A stretch of 64,000 nucleotides of DNA, taken from contig MFGA01000006.1 of assembly GCA_001778095.1 (NCBI GenBank), positions 6,169 to 70,168 of the forward strand. Reading direction: 5' to 3'. The stretch is from Candidatus Falkowbacteria bacterium RIFOXYA2_FULL_38_12 (GTDB taxonomy: Bacteria > Patescibacteriota > Patescibacteriia > XYB2-FULL-38-15). The notes beneath the pieces were generated by a model. That model searched no databases and was not told the origin of the DNA. It worked only from the letters and a program-made list of their open reading frames with translations. Positions 30,231 to 39,538 of this stretch are shown piece by piece. Numbering within the stretch: position 1 is the stretch's first letter; each line of letters begins with the position of its first letter. A program made the position numbers and the translations under genes.

Positions 30231-30695
30231 ATGAACTTAAATAAAGCAATGATTATTGGTAATTTGACTCGGGATCCGGAAGTGAGAACAACTCCTTCGG
30301 GGCAAAGCGTGGCATCTTTCAGTATCGCGACCAGCCGTGTTTGGAAAAACGCCGAGGGACAAAAACAAGAAGCGGTTGAATATCACAACATTGTCGCTTG
30401 GGGTAAATTGGCGGAAATTTGCGGGCAATATTTAAACAAAGGAAAGAAAGTTTATGTTGAAGGCAGGTTGCAAACAAGAGATTGGCAAGGGCAAGATGGA
30501 GTAAAAAAGTATAGAACGGAAATTATTACGGAAAATATGATTATGTTGGATAAGGCGGGAGGCGCGACGGGCAATGCTACCGGCGGAACTTCTTACAGCC
30601 AACCTTCACGTCAGAATTCGCCGTCTTCCCAGCCGGTTGAAGAATCATTGCCGGAGGAAGAGGAAGAAATCAAAGTTGAAAATATTCCATTTTAG
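30231..30695 (+). CDS. ssb: single-stranded DNA-binding protein
   Basis: NKAMIIGNLTRDPE, VEGRLQTR, C-terminal IPF. Confidence 0.97.
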   Translation: MNLNKAMIIGNLTRDPEVRTTPSGQSVASFSIATSRVWKNAEGQKQEAVEYHNIVAWGKLAEICGQYLNKGKKVYVEGRLQTRDWQGQDGVKKYRTEIITENMIMLDKAGGATGNATGGTSYSQPSRQNSPSSQPVEESLPEEEEEIKVENIPF

Positions 30696-30729
30696 AAATA
30701 ATATCTAAAAACCAAAAGTTAATTTAATT

Positions 30730-30963
30730 ATGCAAAGAACTAACCGAGAAACGACCCAGCAAAAGAAAACATGTTTTTTTTGTTTGAATAATAACGTGGA
30801 GATTGATTATAAAGACGCGGCTCTTTTGGGTAAATTCATTTCTTCTTACGGAAAAATAATGCCGAGGAAAAGAAGTGGCTCTTGCACAAAACATCAAAGA
30901 AAGATGGCCAATGCCATAAAGAGAGCGCGAGCAATGGGGATCATGTCCTTTACTTCCAGATAA
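30730..30963 (+). CDS. rpsR: 30S ribosomal protein S18
   Basis: CFFC, IDYKD, GKI.PR, HQR..AIKRAR. Confidence 0.96.
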   Translation: MQRTNRETTQQKKTCFFCLNNNVEIDYKDAALLGKFISSYGKIMPRKRSGSCTKHQRKMANAIKRARAMGIMSFTSR

Positions 30964-31006
30964 ATCTTGTCATTCCTGCATAGGCGGGAATGACAGTGAA
31001 AAAGAT

Positions 31007-32044
31007 ATGCTTGCCAACTGGAAGCGTTTAAAAGAGAACGACAGTTTTAAAAATAATTTTGTCTTGAGGGCAAAAATAATAGCGTTAATTCGCGATTTTT
31101 TTTATAAAGAGGGTTTTTTGGAAGTGGAAACTCCGAGCATGGTCGCTTTTCCCGGCATGGAGCCGTATCTTGACCCAATGAAAGTCAGTCTAAATTTATT
31201 GGAGGAAAAAAATATTCCGGCCAGCCTTATCACTTCGCCGGAATATGCGATGAAAAAAATTCTAGCCGGAGGTTTTTCAAAAATTTTTCAGATTTGTAAA
31301 AGTTTTCGAGCCGGAGAAGCGATTGATTCATTGCATAACCCGGAATTTACCATTTTAGAGTGGTATAGGACGCACGCAGACTACAAAGATATTATGAACG
31401 ATTTTGAGGGGCTTATGGCTCATGTCGCGCGGGGAGTAACAGACCTAAAAATCAAATATCAAGGAAGCGAAATTGATCTAGCTCCTCCGTGGGAAAGATT
31501 GACAATGAGGGAGGCCTTCCAAAAATATGCTAAAATGAATTTGGATGAAGTTCTGGATAGAGAAAGCATAGAGAGGGTTGTCAAAGAGAAAGGATACGAA
31601 GTCTATCCCAATGATAGTTTTGATGATATTTTCTTTAAAATATTTTTAAGCGAGATTGAACCGCATTTGGGAAAAAATAAGCCAACAATTTTAATGGATT
31701 GGCCTCGCCAGATGGCCGCGCTTTCCAAGGTGAAGGCAGACGATCCGCGTTACGCCGAAAGATTTGAAGTTTACGCCGGCGGGATGGAATTAGGAAACGC
31801 TTTTACCGAATTGATTGATCCGGATGAGCAAAGAGAGAGACTTCAAAAAGACAAAGAATCAAGAAAAAAAATGGGCAAAGATATTTATGAGATTGATGAA
31901 GATTTTATTGATGCCCTAAGAAGCGGATTTCCTCCGGCCGGGGGAATCGCGGTTGGAGTGGATCGGATTGTAATGCTTTTTCTGGATACAAAAAATATAG
32001 AAGATGTTTTGTTTTTTCCGGCGAGACAGATATTCAATCTATAA
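31007..32044 (+). CDS. epmA: EF-P lysine aminoacylase EpmA (GenX/PoxA)
   Basis: LEVETP, TSPEYAMK, HNPEFTILEWY, ERFEVY..ELGNAF.EL, GIAVGVDR; no anticodon-binding domain; adjacent to efp. Confidence 0.9.
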   Translation: MLANWKRLKENDSFKNNFVLRAKIIALIRDFFYKEGFLEVETPSMVAFPGMEPYLDPMKVSLNLLEEKNIPASLITSPEYAMKKILAGGFSKIFQICKSFRAGEAIDSLHNPEFTILEWYRTHADYKDIMNDFEGLMAHVARGVTDLKIKYQGSEIDLAPPWERLTMREAFQKYAKMNLDEVLDRESIERVVKEKGYEVYPNDSFDDIFFKIFLSEIEPHLGKNKPTILMDWPRQMAALSKVKADDPRYAERFEVYAGGMELGNAFTELIDPDEQRERLQKDKESRKKMGKDIYEIDEDFIDALRSGFPPAGGIAVGVDRIVMLFLDTKNIEDVLFFPARQIFNL

Positions 32045-32164
32045 AAATATTATTCCTCCCCCTTGATGGGGGAGGCTAGGAGGGGGTGGTAAATAAAATC
32101 ACCCTCCCCTAACCCCTCCCATCAAGGGAGGGGAAAAACTTAAATCTTTAATCTAAAATCTACT

Positions 32165-32731
32165 ATGTCATCAACACAAGACATAAAAAGAGGAGTGGTT
32201 ATTCTTTATAAGAATGATCCTCACATTGTCACGGAATTTGAGCACATTATGCCCGGAAAGGGATCGGCTTTTGTCCGCACGAAATTGAAAAATATCAAAA
32301 GCGGAAAAGTTTTGGAAAATACTTTCAAAGTCGGAGAAAAAATAGATGTGGTTGACCTTGAAAAAAGAAGAGTGCAATTTTTATATTCAGCAGGAGATGT
32401 TTATTCTTTTATGGACAACGGGACATACGAGCAATTTGAGGTAGGGAAAGAGATTCTCTCCGGGTTTGAAAGATTTTTGAAAGAAGGCTCCGACATAATT
32501 TTATTATTTTCTGACGGAGTGCCGATTAACAGCGAATTTCCCAAAAAAGTTACTTTCAAGGTTGTTGAAGCGGACCCGGGCGTCCGTGGAGATACTGCCT
32601 CGGGTAGAGTGACCAAAGAAGTAACCTTGGAGGGCGGATTAAAAATTCGCGCGCCACTTTTTATTAAAGAAGGGGAATCAATTGTGATAAATACCGAAAC
32701 GGGCGAGTACGTGGAGAGATCGACGGAGTAA
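32165..32731 (+). CDS. efp: elongation factor P
   Basis: PGKGSAFVRTKLKN, PGVRGDTA, T.TGEYVER. Confidence 0.97.
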   Translation: MSSTQDIKRGVVILYKNDPHIVTEFEHIMPGKGSAFVRTKLKNIKSGKVLENTFKVGEKIDVVDLEKRRVQFLYSAGDVYSFMDNGTYEQFEVGKEILSGFERFLKEGSDIILLFSDGVPINSEFPKKVTFKVVEADPGVRGDTASGRVTKEVTLEGGLKIRAPLFIKEGESIVINTETGEYVERSTE

Positions 32732-32802
32732 AGAAATATTAAAAATAAAAAATTGACCCGCCCAGTACGTTTGCTGGGCGGGGTTTGTTTTGAGGAGGTT
32801 CT

Positions 32803-33057
32803 TTAGGAGGGTTTTTTTGCTCCCCAATAGCCCTCCTTCATCTCTCCTTTTTGCAGGGCACAGTCGAAGTGCCCGTGGACATATTCCCCTCCAGGCATTT
32901 TCCCCCTAAAAAATACAGTGTTCTCATTTTTTAGTCGAGAAATATTAAGGAGGACAAAAGTGCATTGCCCCCCTTCGAGCATTAAAAAAATCAGTCCCCC
33001 GTTACGGGGGATAAAGAACCGATAAATATTTTTCGGCCCCCCAATAATTTTCCTCAT
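32803..33057 (-). CDS. hypothetical orphan protein
   Basis: SD aaaggagg upstream; G-rich coding strand. Confidence 0.45.
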   Translation of the reverse strand: MRKIIGGPKNIYRFFIPRNGGLIFLMLEGGQCTFVLLNISRLKNENTVFFRGKMPGGEYVHGHFDCALQKGEMKEGYWGAKKPS

Positions 33058-33240
33058 CGCGTATCGCCTCCTTTGAGATGAGTGTTTTATTTATACACTA
33101 AATTATGCCATCTAGTCAACGGAATATATTTGACCAACTGTTTAATTTTAGATAATATTGGATTATAAAACTGAATAAGAATATTTTTACTTTACCCCTA
33201 GAAGGATCATCTTTTGGGGATTTTTGGCATTTTTTTTGTT

Positions 33241-33425
33241 TGTCATTGCGAGCCCCGACTTTTTAGTCGGGGCGTGGCAATTCTCCCCCAGCTGTCATCC
33301 CCGCGCAGGCGGGGATCCACTCTTTGTAAAAAGTAGATTCCCGCCTGCGCGGGAATGACAATAAAGATAAGGGTAACGAAAAGCAGGGGATTGCTTCGCT
33401 ACACTTCGTTTCGCTCGCAATGACA
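33241..33425. repeat. GTCATTGCGAG repeat with nested GTCATCCCCGCG..GGGAATGAC element
   Basis: Outer arms as at 14211-14352; inner element 33293-33360. Confidence 0.8.
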
Positions 33426-33436
33426 TGTTATTATAT

Positions 33437-35527
33437 ATGAAAAATAAATTCAAAATAAAATCAAAATTTAAACCCGCCGGAGACCAACCAAAGGCAATTG
33501 AGCAATTATTGGATGGTCTTAATAAAGGATATGATCATCAAACTCTTTTGGGCGTGACCGGGTCTGGTAAAACTTTTACCATGGCTAATGTTATTGCCAA
33601 ATACGCAAAGCCGGCTTTGGTTATTGCTCACAATAAAACCTTGGCGGCCCAACTTTGTAACGAGTTTCGCGAATTTTTTCCCGAGAACGCGGTTCATTAT
33701 TTTGTTTCTTATTACGATTATTATCAACCGGAAGCGTATTTGCCGAGGACGGATACTTATATTGAAAAAGAGGCGATGATAAATGATGAGATTGATCGTT
33801 TGCGCCACGCGGCAACGCAGTCGCTCCTTACTCGGCGCGATGTGATTATTGTCGCGTCGGTTTCTTGCATCTATGGTTTGGGCGCGCCGGAAACTTATGA
33901 AAAAATAGTTTTGCATCTTAAAGAAGGGGAGGCGATTAGGAGAGATATTTTTTTGAATCAACTGATAACAATGCAATTTAATCGGACGAATGTTAATCCC
34001 AAACGTGGGGAATTTCGTTTGCGGGGAGAGATTTTGGAAATAATGCCGGTTAACGAAGAAACTATTTACAGAATAGTTTTTGATAACGAAAAAATTAAAA
34101 ATATTATAGAGCTTGATCCGGTGACGAGAAAAATAAAAAAGGAAGAAAGAGAAATTTGGATTTATCCGGCAAAACATTTTGTTATTTTGGGACCGGATAG
34201 AATCAGGGCATTTCAAAATATAGAAAAAGAATTAAAAGAGAGGTTGGAATATTTTAATAAAACGGGAAAGTTGCTTGAGGCGGAAAGGTTGGAGCGTCGG
34301 ACAAACTATGATTTGGAAATGATGCGCGAGGTTGGGTATTGCCACAGCATTGAAAATTATTCCAGGCATTTGTCGGGGCGCCAGGCAGGAGATCCGCCGG
34401 ATACATTGTTGGATTATTTTTCACCCTCCCCTAACTCCTCCCGTCAAGGGAGGGGAAATAACAAAAAGGATTGGTTGATGTTTATAGATGAATCGCACGT
34501 TACTGTCCCGCAGATTTCCGGAATGTACGGAGGAGACGCTTCCCGAAAAAAATCTTTGATTGATTTTGGATTTCGTTTGCCCTCGGCGGCTGATAATCGC
34601 CCGTTGAAATTCAATGAATTTGAAGCGCGGACGCCCCAGACAATTTACACTTCGGCGACTCCCAGCGAGTATGAATTGGGGAAGAGTAAACAAGTTGTTG
34701 AGCAAATAATCAGGCCGACAGGACTGCTTGATCCGGAAATTATCGTTAGACCGATCACAGAGAAGTTAAAAATGAAAAATGAAAAGTTAAAAGTTGGCGG
34801 TGATATGGGGAATAAATCCCAAGTGGAAGATTTGATGGAAAGAATTATTGAGAGAGTAAAAAAGAAAGAAAGAATTTTAGTGACAACTCTTACAAAAAAA
34901 ATGGCCGAGGATTTATCGGATTATTTGGAAGAGAAAAAGTTTAAAGTCCGTTATATTCACAGCGAGGTAAAGACTTTGGACAGAATAAAAATTTTAACAG
35001 AATTCAGGCGGGGAGTTTTTGATATTTTGATTGGGGTTAATTTGCTCCGCGAAGGTTTGGATTTGCCGGAAGTGACGCTCGTTGCGATTTTGGATGCCGA
35101 CAAGGAAGGATTTTTACGCAGTGAGACATCTTTGATTCAGACAATCGGTCGCGCGGCGAGAAATGTTTTGGGGCAAGTCGTTCTCTATGCCGACAATATG
35201 ACCGGATCAATGGAGCGAGCAATAAAAGAAACAGAGCGAAGAAGAAAAATACAAGCGGAATATAATAAAAAGCACAATATTACGCCGAAGACAATCAAAA
35301 AAGCGATTAAAGATATTATGAAAGTGAAAAGTGTAGAGTTAAAAGTGAAAAGTTTGTTGGAGCTAGACATAGCGGGGGAGAAAGGTAAAAATATTGAGGA
35401 GATTATTAAAGAAAAAGAAAAGGAAATGAAGGAAGCGGCACAAAATTTGCAGTTTGAGTTGGCGGCGTTGTTGAGGGATGAGATTAGGGAGTTGAGACAT
35501 TCTACGAAAGTACAAAAGATCAGATAA
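33437..35527 (+). CDS. uvrB: excinuclease ABC subunit B
   Basis: [42 protein letters not shown]. Confidence 0.97.
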   Translation: MKNKFKIKSKFKPAGDQPKAIEQLLDGLNKGYDHQTLLGVTGSGKTFTMANVIAKYAKPALVIAHNKTLAAQLCNEFREFFPENAVHYFVSYYDYYQPEAYLPRTDTYIEKEAMINDEIDRLRHAATQSLLTRRDVIIVASVSCIYGLGAPETYEKIVLHLKEGEAIRRDIFLNQLITMQFNRTNVNPKRGEFRLRGEILEIMPVNEETIYRIVFDNEKIKNIIELDPVTRKIKKEEREIWIYPAKHFVILGPDRIRAFQNIEKELKERLEYFNKTGKLLEAERLERRTNYDLEMMREVGYCHSIENYSRHLSGRQAGDPPDTLLDYFSPSPNSSRQGRGNNKKDWLMFIDESHVTVPQISGMYGGDASRKKSLIDFGFRLPSAADNRPLKFNEFEARTPQTIYTSATPSEYELGKSKQVVEQIIRPTGLLDPEIIVRPITEKLKMKNEKLKVGGDMGNKSQVEDLMERIIERVKKKERILVTTLTKKMAEDLSDYLEEKKFKVRYIHSEVKTLDRIKILTEFRRGVFDILIGVNLLREGLDLPEVTLVAILDADKEGFLRSETSLIQTIGRAARNVLGQVVLYADNMTGSMERAIKETERRRKIQAEYNKKHNITPKTIKKAIKDIMKVKSVELKVKSLLELDIAGEKGKNIEEIIKEKEKEMKEAAQNLQFELAALLRDEIRELRHSTKVQKIR

Positions 35528-35692
35528 GCCTATTAGCAAGCCCCTCCCCTTAAGATAAGGGGCCGCGTGTCGCTAAAGCTATAGCGGCGGTGCAAGGATA
35601 GGAGGGGTTATGAGCGTTGGTTCATTACTCATAACTCCCCTTAATCCCCTCTTACCTTAAGAGGGGAGAACTCCCGGCAAGTTCTTTAAAAT

Positions 35693-36160
35693 AAAAAAAT
35701 CCCACCGAGTATAAGTGTTCGATGCCGGTTTTGCGGACCGTTTTGCGCTGCATCGAGTTATACTCAGTGGGATATCGTGTAGTCACCATTTTGGAGGCAT
35801 TGCCCCGCTGGCCCCTGTGGGTCAGCTTAGTGTGGGGATGCCTTTCCTCCTTTCTTTTCCCGTTAGGGGGTTCGGTTTGCCGTGGTGGGGACGGACCCCT
35901 CTGAACCTAGAGGTTCCCCCTTTCATACCTTTCCGGGTAGACCCCACGGCAGTTTTTTGCCCTTTTTTTAAATAAGGGGGGCCAGTTCCGGCGTTCCCTC
36001 ATCGGGCGCCTCCATTCCTTTTCCCTCCCGGAGGGAGGGGGTTGATCAGGCGTCAGCCAGCTTGCACCACGTGACCGGGGCGATCTGCTTGGTCATTCGT
36101 GGCCTTCTTCTGATTCAGCCTACCGTTGGGGGTGGCTGAGTACCCCCTTTTCCTACGCAT
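35693..36160 (-). ncRNA. candidate structured ncRNA 1 (about 465 nt)
   Basis: Own promoter, multiple long-range helices, long 3' hairpin plus U-tract, no long ORF on this strand. Confidence 0.55.
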
Positions 36161-36196
36161 ATTTTCAGGATATATATATATTAAAAAGTTGTCAAG
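36161..36196 (-). promoter_or_regulatory. sigma70-type promoter, copy 1
   Basis: TTGACA-N17-TATCCT; duplicated at 36471-36507. Confidence 0.65.
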
Positions 36197-36245
36197 CTAA
36201 AAAACAAAAAAACGCCTTGTGGCGTTAAAAAGAATAGTTGATGAT

Positions 36246-36470
36246 AAAAATTGCCTCACCGGATACAAGCTGATCGTTTTTTGATGATCTTTCGACGCAA
36301 GCGTGCGTCAGGCTTGTGCCCGGTGAGGCTTCCGTACCCCGAAGGGTGTCTCGCAGAGGTCAGCTTGACCTCTTTCGGTGGGCACGAACGCCCTTCTTTT
36401 CCTGAACCATCATGTCACCTTTTTTCTGCCCGCCGGGGTTTCTACCGCGGTCGGGCTGGTTGAGAGTACA
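36246..36470 (-). ncRNA. candidate structured ncRNA 2 (about 225 nt)
   Basis: Duplicate promoter, series of hairpins, long 3' hairpin plus U-tract. Confidence 0.5.
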
Positions 36471-36507
36471 ATTTCAGGATATATATATATATTAAAAAGC
36501 TGTCAAG
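36471..36507 (-). promoter_or_regulatory. sigma70-type promoter, copy 2
   Basis: TTGACA-N19-TATCCT, one extra AT unit relative to copy 1. Confidence 0.55.
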
Positions 36508-36708
36508 AATTTGTATTTGTGGAAAAGGTGGGGATAAGTTCAATTTTTGAATTTTTAAACTTGAATTATCCGGAGTGATAGCCTTTAGGCTGTTATGTTA
36601 TGGGTAATAAGTTTGATAACACACTAAAGCGTGTCAGTCCGTTCAAGTTTAAGACATTAAAACATTAGAAAATTATTTATAAAATTAAAAATTAAAAATT
36701 TCAAAAAT

Positions 36709-39372
36709 ATGCAAGACAAAATAATCATCCACGGAGCGCGGGAACACAATTTGAAAAATATCAATCTTGAAATACCGAGAAACAAGATGACGGTTTTTAC
36801 GGGATTATCCGGTTCGGGAAAATCAAGCTTGGCTTTTGATACTATTTTTGCCGAAGGGCAGAGAAGATATGTTGAATCTTTGTCTGCCTACGCTCGGCAA
36901 TTTTTAGGGCAGATGAATAAACCAGATGTTGATGAAATTGAAGGGCTTTCTCCGGCGATTTCTATTGACCAAAAAGCACATAGCGCGAATCCTCGGTCAA
37001 CTGTGGCTACGATTACCGAAATTTATGATTATCTTAGAGTTTTGTTTGCGAGGATCGGCAAGCCTCATTGTCCGGTTTGCGGAAAAGAGATAAGAAAAAT
37101 GACGGTGGAGGAAATGGTGGATAGGGTATTGAAGAAAGTTGCCGAAAATCATCAGGCAAAAAATAATAAATTAAAGCCCGCATTCGCGGGAGATTCTTCG
37201 CTCGCTCAGAATGACATTGTTTTGGTTATGGCACCGGTGGTGAAGGGACGAAAAGGGGAATATTACCAATTGCTTTATGATTTATATAATGATGGATTTG
37301 CCGAAGTTCGGGTTAATGGAAAATTCAAAGAATTGAGAAATAAAATAATTTTGCCGAGATACAAGCAACACAATATTGATCTGGTGGTTGATAAAGTGAC
37401 TTTGGGTTGGCCAATAGAAAATAATAAAGGCTTAAGAGCGAGATTGGCCGAGGCGATTGAAACGGCTTTGAAATATGGCGGGGATATTGTTTCTATGATT
37501 TTGGATAATGGCGAAGAAATAGTGATGTCTTCAAAATTTTCCTGTCCGGAAGACAATTTTTCTTTTCCGGAAATTGAGCCACGTCTGTTTTCTTTTAATA
37601 GTCCTTATGGCGCTTGCGAAGCTTGTCATGGTCTTGGCACAAAATTTTTATTTTCTGAAGAAGTTTGTCCGGATTGCGAGGGGAATAGATTAAGGAAAGA
37701 AAGTTTGCACGTTTTGGTGGCCGGGAAAAATATTGTGGAAGTGACGGGAATGTCGATTGAAAATGCGCATAATTTTTTTTCAGAGCTGATGGGCAAAGAT
37801 CTTAAAACGTCTGCCCCTATTAAAGTTTCGGCGGACAAGGAAAAATTAAAACCAAGAATTATCCTAAGCGAGAATGATTTAGAGATCGGAAAAGCAATTT
37901 TCGCAGAAATACTGAACCGTCTGGGGTTTATGTTGGACGTCGGTTTGGGCTATTTAACTTTAAATAGAACCGCCGGGACTCTCTCGGGTGGGGAAGCGCA
38001 AAGGATTCGTCTCGCCTCGCAGGTTGGCTCAAAACTGGTCGGAGCTCTTTATATTTTGGATGAGCCGACAATCGGACTTCATCCCAAAGACAATGAAAAA
38101 TTATTAGCGACCTTGAGAAATATCAGGGACATTGGGAACACGGTCATTGTCGTGGAGCATGATCCGGAAACGATTTGGACGTCAGACTATCTGGTTGATA
38201 TTGGCCCGGGCGCGGGAAAGCACGGCGGGGAGATTGTGGCTGCCGGGCCAATGCCGGATGTCTTGGAAGATAAAAAATCTTTAACCGCGGCCTATCTTCG
38301 GGGAGATAAATTTATTAAAATTCCGGAGAAAAGAAGAAAAGTAGACGGAGAAAGCAAATATTTTTCTTCGGGACAATTAAAAATAGTCGGCGCGAACGAA
38401 AATAATTTAAAAAATATTGATGTTAGGATTCCCTTGAAGAGATTTGTCTGCGTGACCGGGGTTTCGGGATCGGGAAAAAGTACTTTGGTAAATGATATTT
38501 TATTGAAAGGTTTATCCAATAAGTTGAATCACACAAGCTATCAGGTAGGTAAGCATTCAAGAATTGAGGGGATGGAATATTTGGATAAAATTATTGAGAT
38601 TGATCAGTCGCCGATTGGAAGAACACCACGATCTAACCCGGCAACTTATACCGGATCATGGACAATGATTCGTGAGCTCTTTGCCTCTACTCCGGAAGCG
38701 CGAACTCGCGGTTATAAAGTGGGCAGATTTAGTTTTAATGTTCCTGGTGGCAGGTGTGAAAATTGCGAAGGAGCGGGATTAATAAAAGTGGAAATGCATT
38801 TTTTGCCGGCGGTTTATGTGCCCTGTGATGTTTGCAAGGGGACAAGATTTGATCGCGAAACTTTAGCGATTACCTATAAAGAAAAAAATATCCATGATAT
38901 TCTAAAAATGACGATTGAGGACGCCGAGGAATTTTTTAAGAATATTCCTTTGATAAAAGACAGAATGAAAATATTGCGCGAAGTTGGTTTGCAATATCTG
39001 ACTTTAGGACAAGCGGCGACAACTCTTTCCGGTGGGGAAGCGCAGAGAATAAAACTGGGTGCGGAGCTCGCTAAAAGATCAACCGGCCGGACGATTTATA
39101 TTTTGGATGAACCCACGGTCGGGCTTCATTATGCCGATGTGGAAAAACTTTTGGAAGTTTTGCATCGCCTTGTTAATTTAGGAAACACGGTGATTGTAAT
39201 TGAACATAATTTGGATTTTATTAAAACTGCCGATTGGATTATTGATTTGGGGCCCGACGGAGGCAATGCCGGAGGCGAGCTGATTACCGCCGGCACGCCG
39301 GAAGAAGTGGCAAGGATTGGGAAGTCATATACGGGGCAGTATTTGAAGAAAACTCTAAATTCGAAATCCTAG
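36709..39372 (+). CDS. uvrA: excinuclease ABC subunit A
   Basis: GAREHNLKNI, two ABC sites (GLSGSGKSS, GVSGSGKST), two LSGGEAQRI, Zn fingers. Confidence 0.97.
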   Translation: MQDKIIIHGAREHNLKNINLEIPRNKMTVFTGLSGSGKSSLAFDTIFAEGQRRYVESLSAYARQFLGQMNKPDVDEIEGLSPAISIDQKAHSANPRSTVATITEIYDYLRVLFARIGKPHCPVCGKEIRKMTVEEMVDRVLKKVAENHQAKNNKLKPAFAGDSSLAQNDIVLVMAPVVKGRKGEYYQLLYDLYNDGFAEVRVNGKFKELRNKIILPRYKQHNIDLVVDKVTLGWPIENNKGLRARLAEAIETALKYGGDIVSMILDNGEEIVMSSKFSCPEDNFSFPEIEPRLFSFNSPYGACEACHGLGTKFLFSEEVCPDCEGNRLRKESLHVLVAGKNIVEVTGMSIENAHNFFSELMGKDLKTSAPIKVSADKEKLKPRIILSENDLEIGKAIFAEILNRLGFMLDVGLGYLTLNRTAGTLSGGEAQRIRLASQVGSKLVGALYILDEPTIGLHPKDNEKLLATLRNIRDIGNTVIVVEHDPETIWTSDYLVDIGPGAGKHGGEIVAAGPMPDVLEDKKSLTAAYLRGDKFIKIPEKRRKVDGESKYFSSGQLKIVGANENNLKNIDVRIPLKRFVCVTGVSGSGKSTLVNDILLKGLSNKLNHTSYQVGKHSRIEGMEYLDKIIEIDQSPIGRTPRSNPATYTGSWTMIRELFASTPEARTRGYKVGRFSFNVPGGRCENCEGAGLIKVEMHFLPAVYVPCDVCKGTRFDRETLAITYKEKNIHDILKMTIEDAEEFFKNIPLIKDRMKILREVGLQYLTLGQAATTLSGGEAQRIKLGAELAKRSTGRTIYILDEPTVGLHYADVEKLLEVLHRLVNLGNTVIVIEHNLDFIKTADWIIDLGPDGGNAGGELITAGTPEEVARIGKSYTGQYLKKTLNSKS

Positions 39373-39409
39373 CCCAAATAAAAATTAATGATTAATCTGC
39401 CCTAAGCTG

Positions 39410-39507
39410 GTCATTATGAGCGGAGCGAAGAATCTCCCGCGCATGCGGGCTAGAAAAGAATATATTGCGGGCATTCGCCCGAGATCCTTCACTTCGCTCA
39501 GGATGAC
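39410..39507 (+). repeat. family 1 repeat
   Basis: Near-identical to 21877-21974. Confidence 0.9.
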
Positions 39508-39538
39508 GGCTTAGGAGGGTTCTTCAATATTTTAAATC

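Noticed and set aside
35693-36470. RNase P, tmRNA, SRP or T-box identity for the GC-rich units
   Set aside because: No GAGGAAAGUCC/ACAGAA..GGCUUA pair in the right positions, no tRNA-like ends, no SRP helix 8 or T-box consensus seen by eye; a covariance search is still needed.
35715-36578. Plus-strand 60-86 aa ORFs
   Set aside because: No recognisable motifs; promoters and U-tracts indicate minus-strand transcription.
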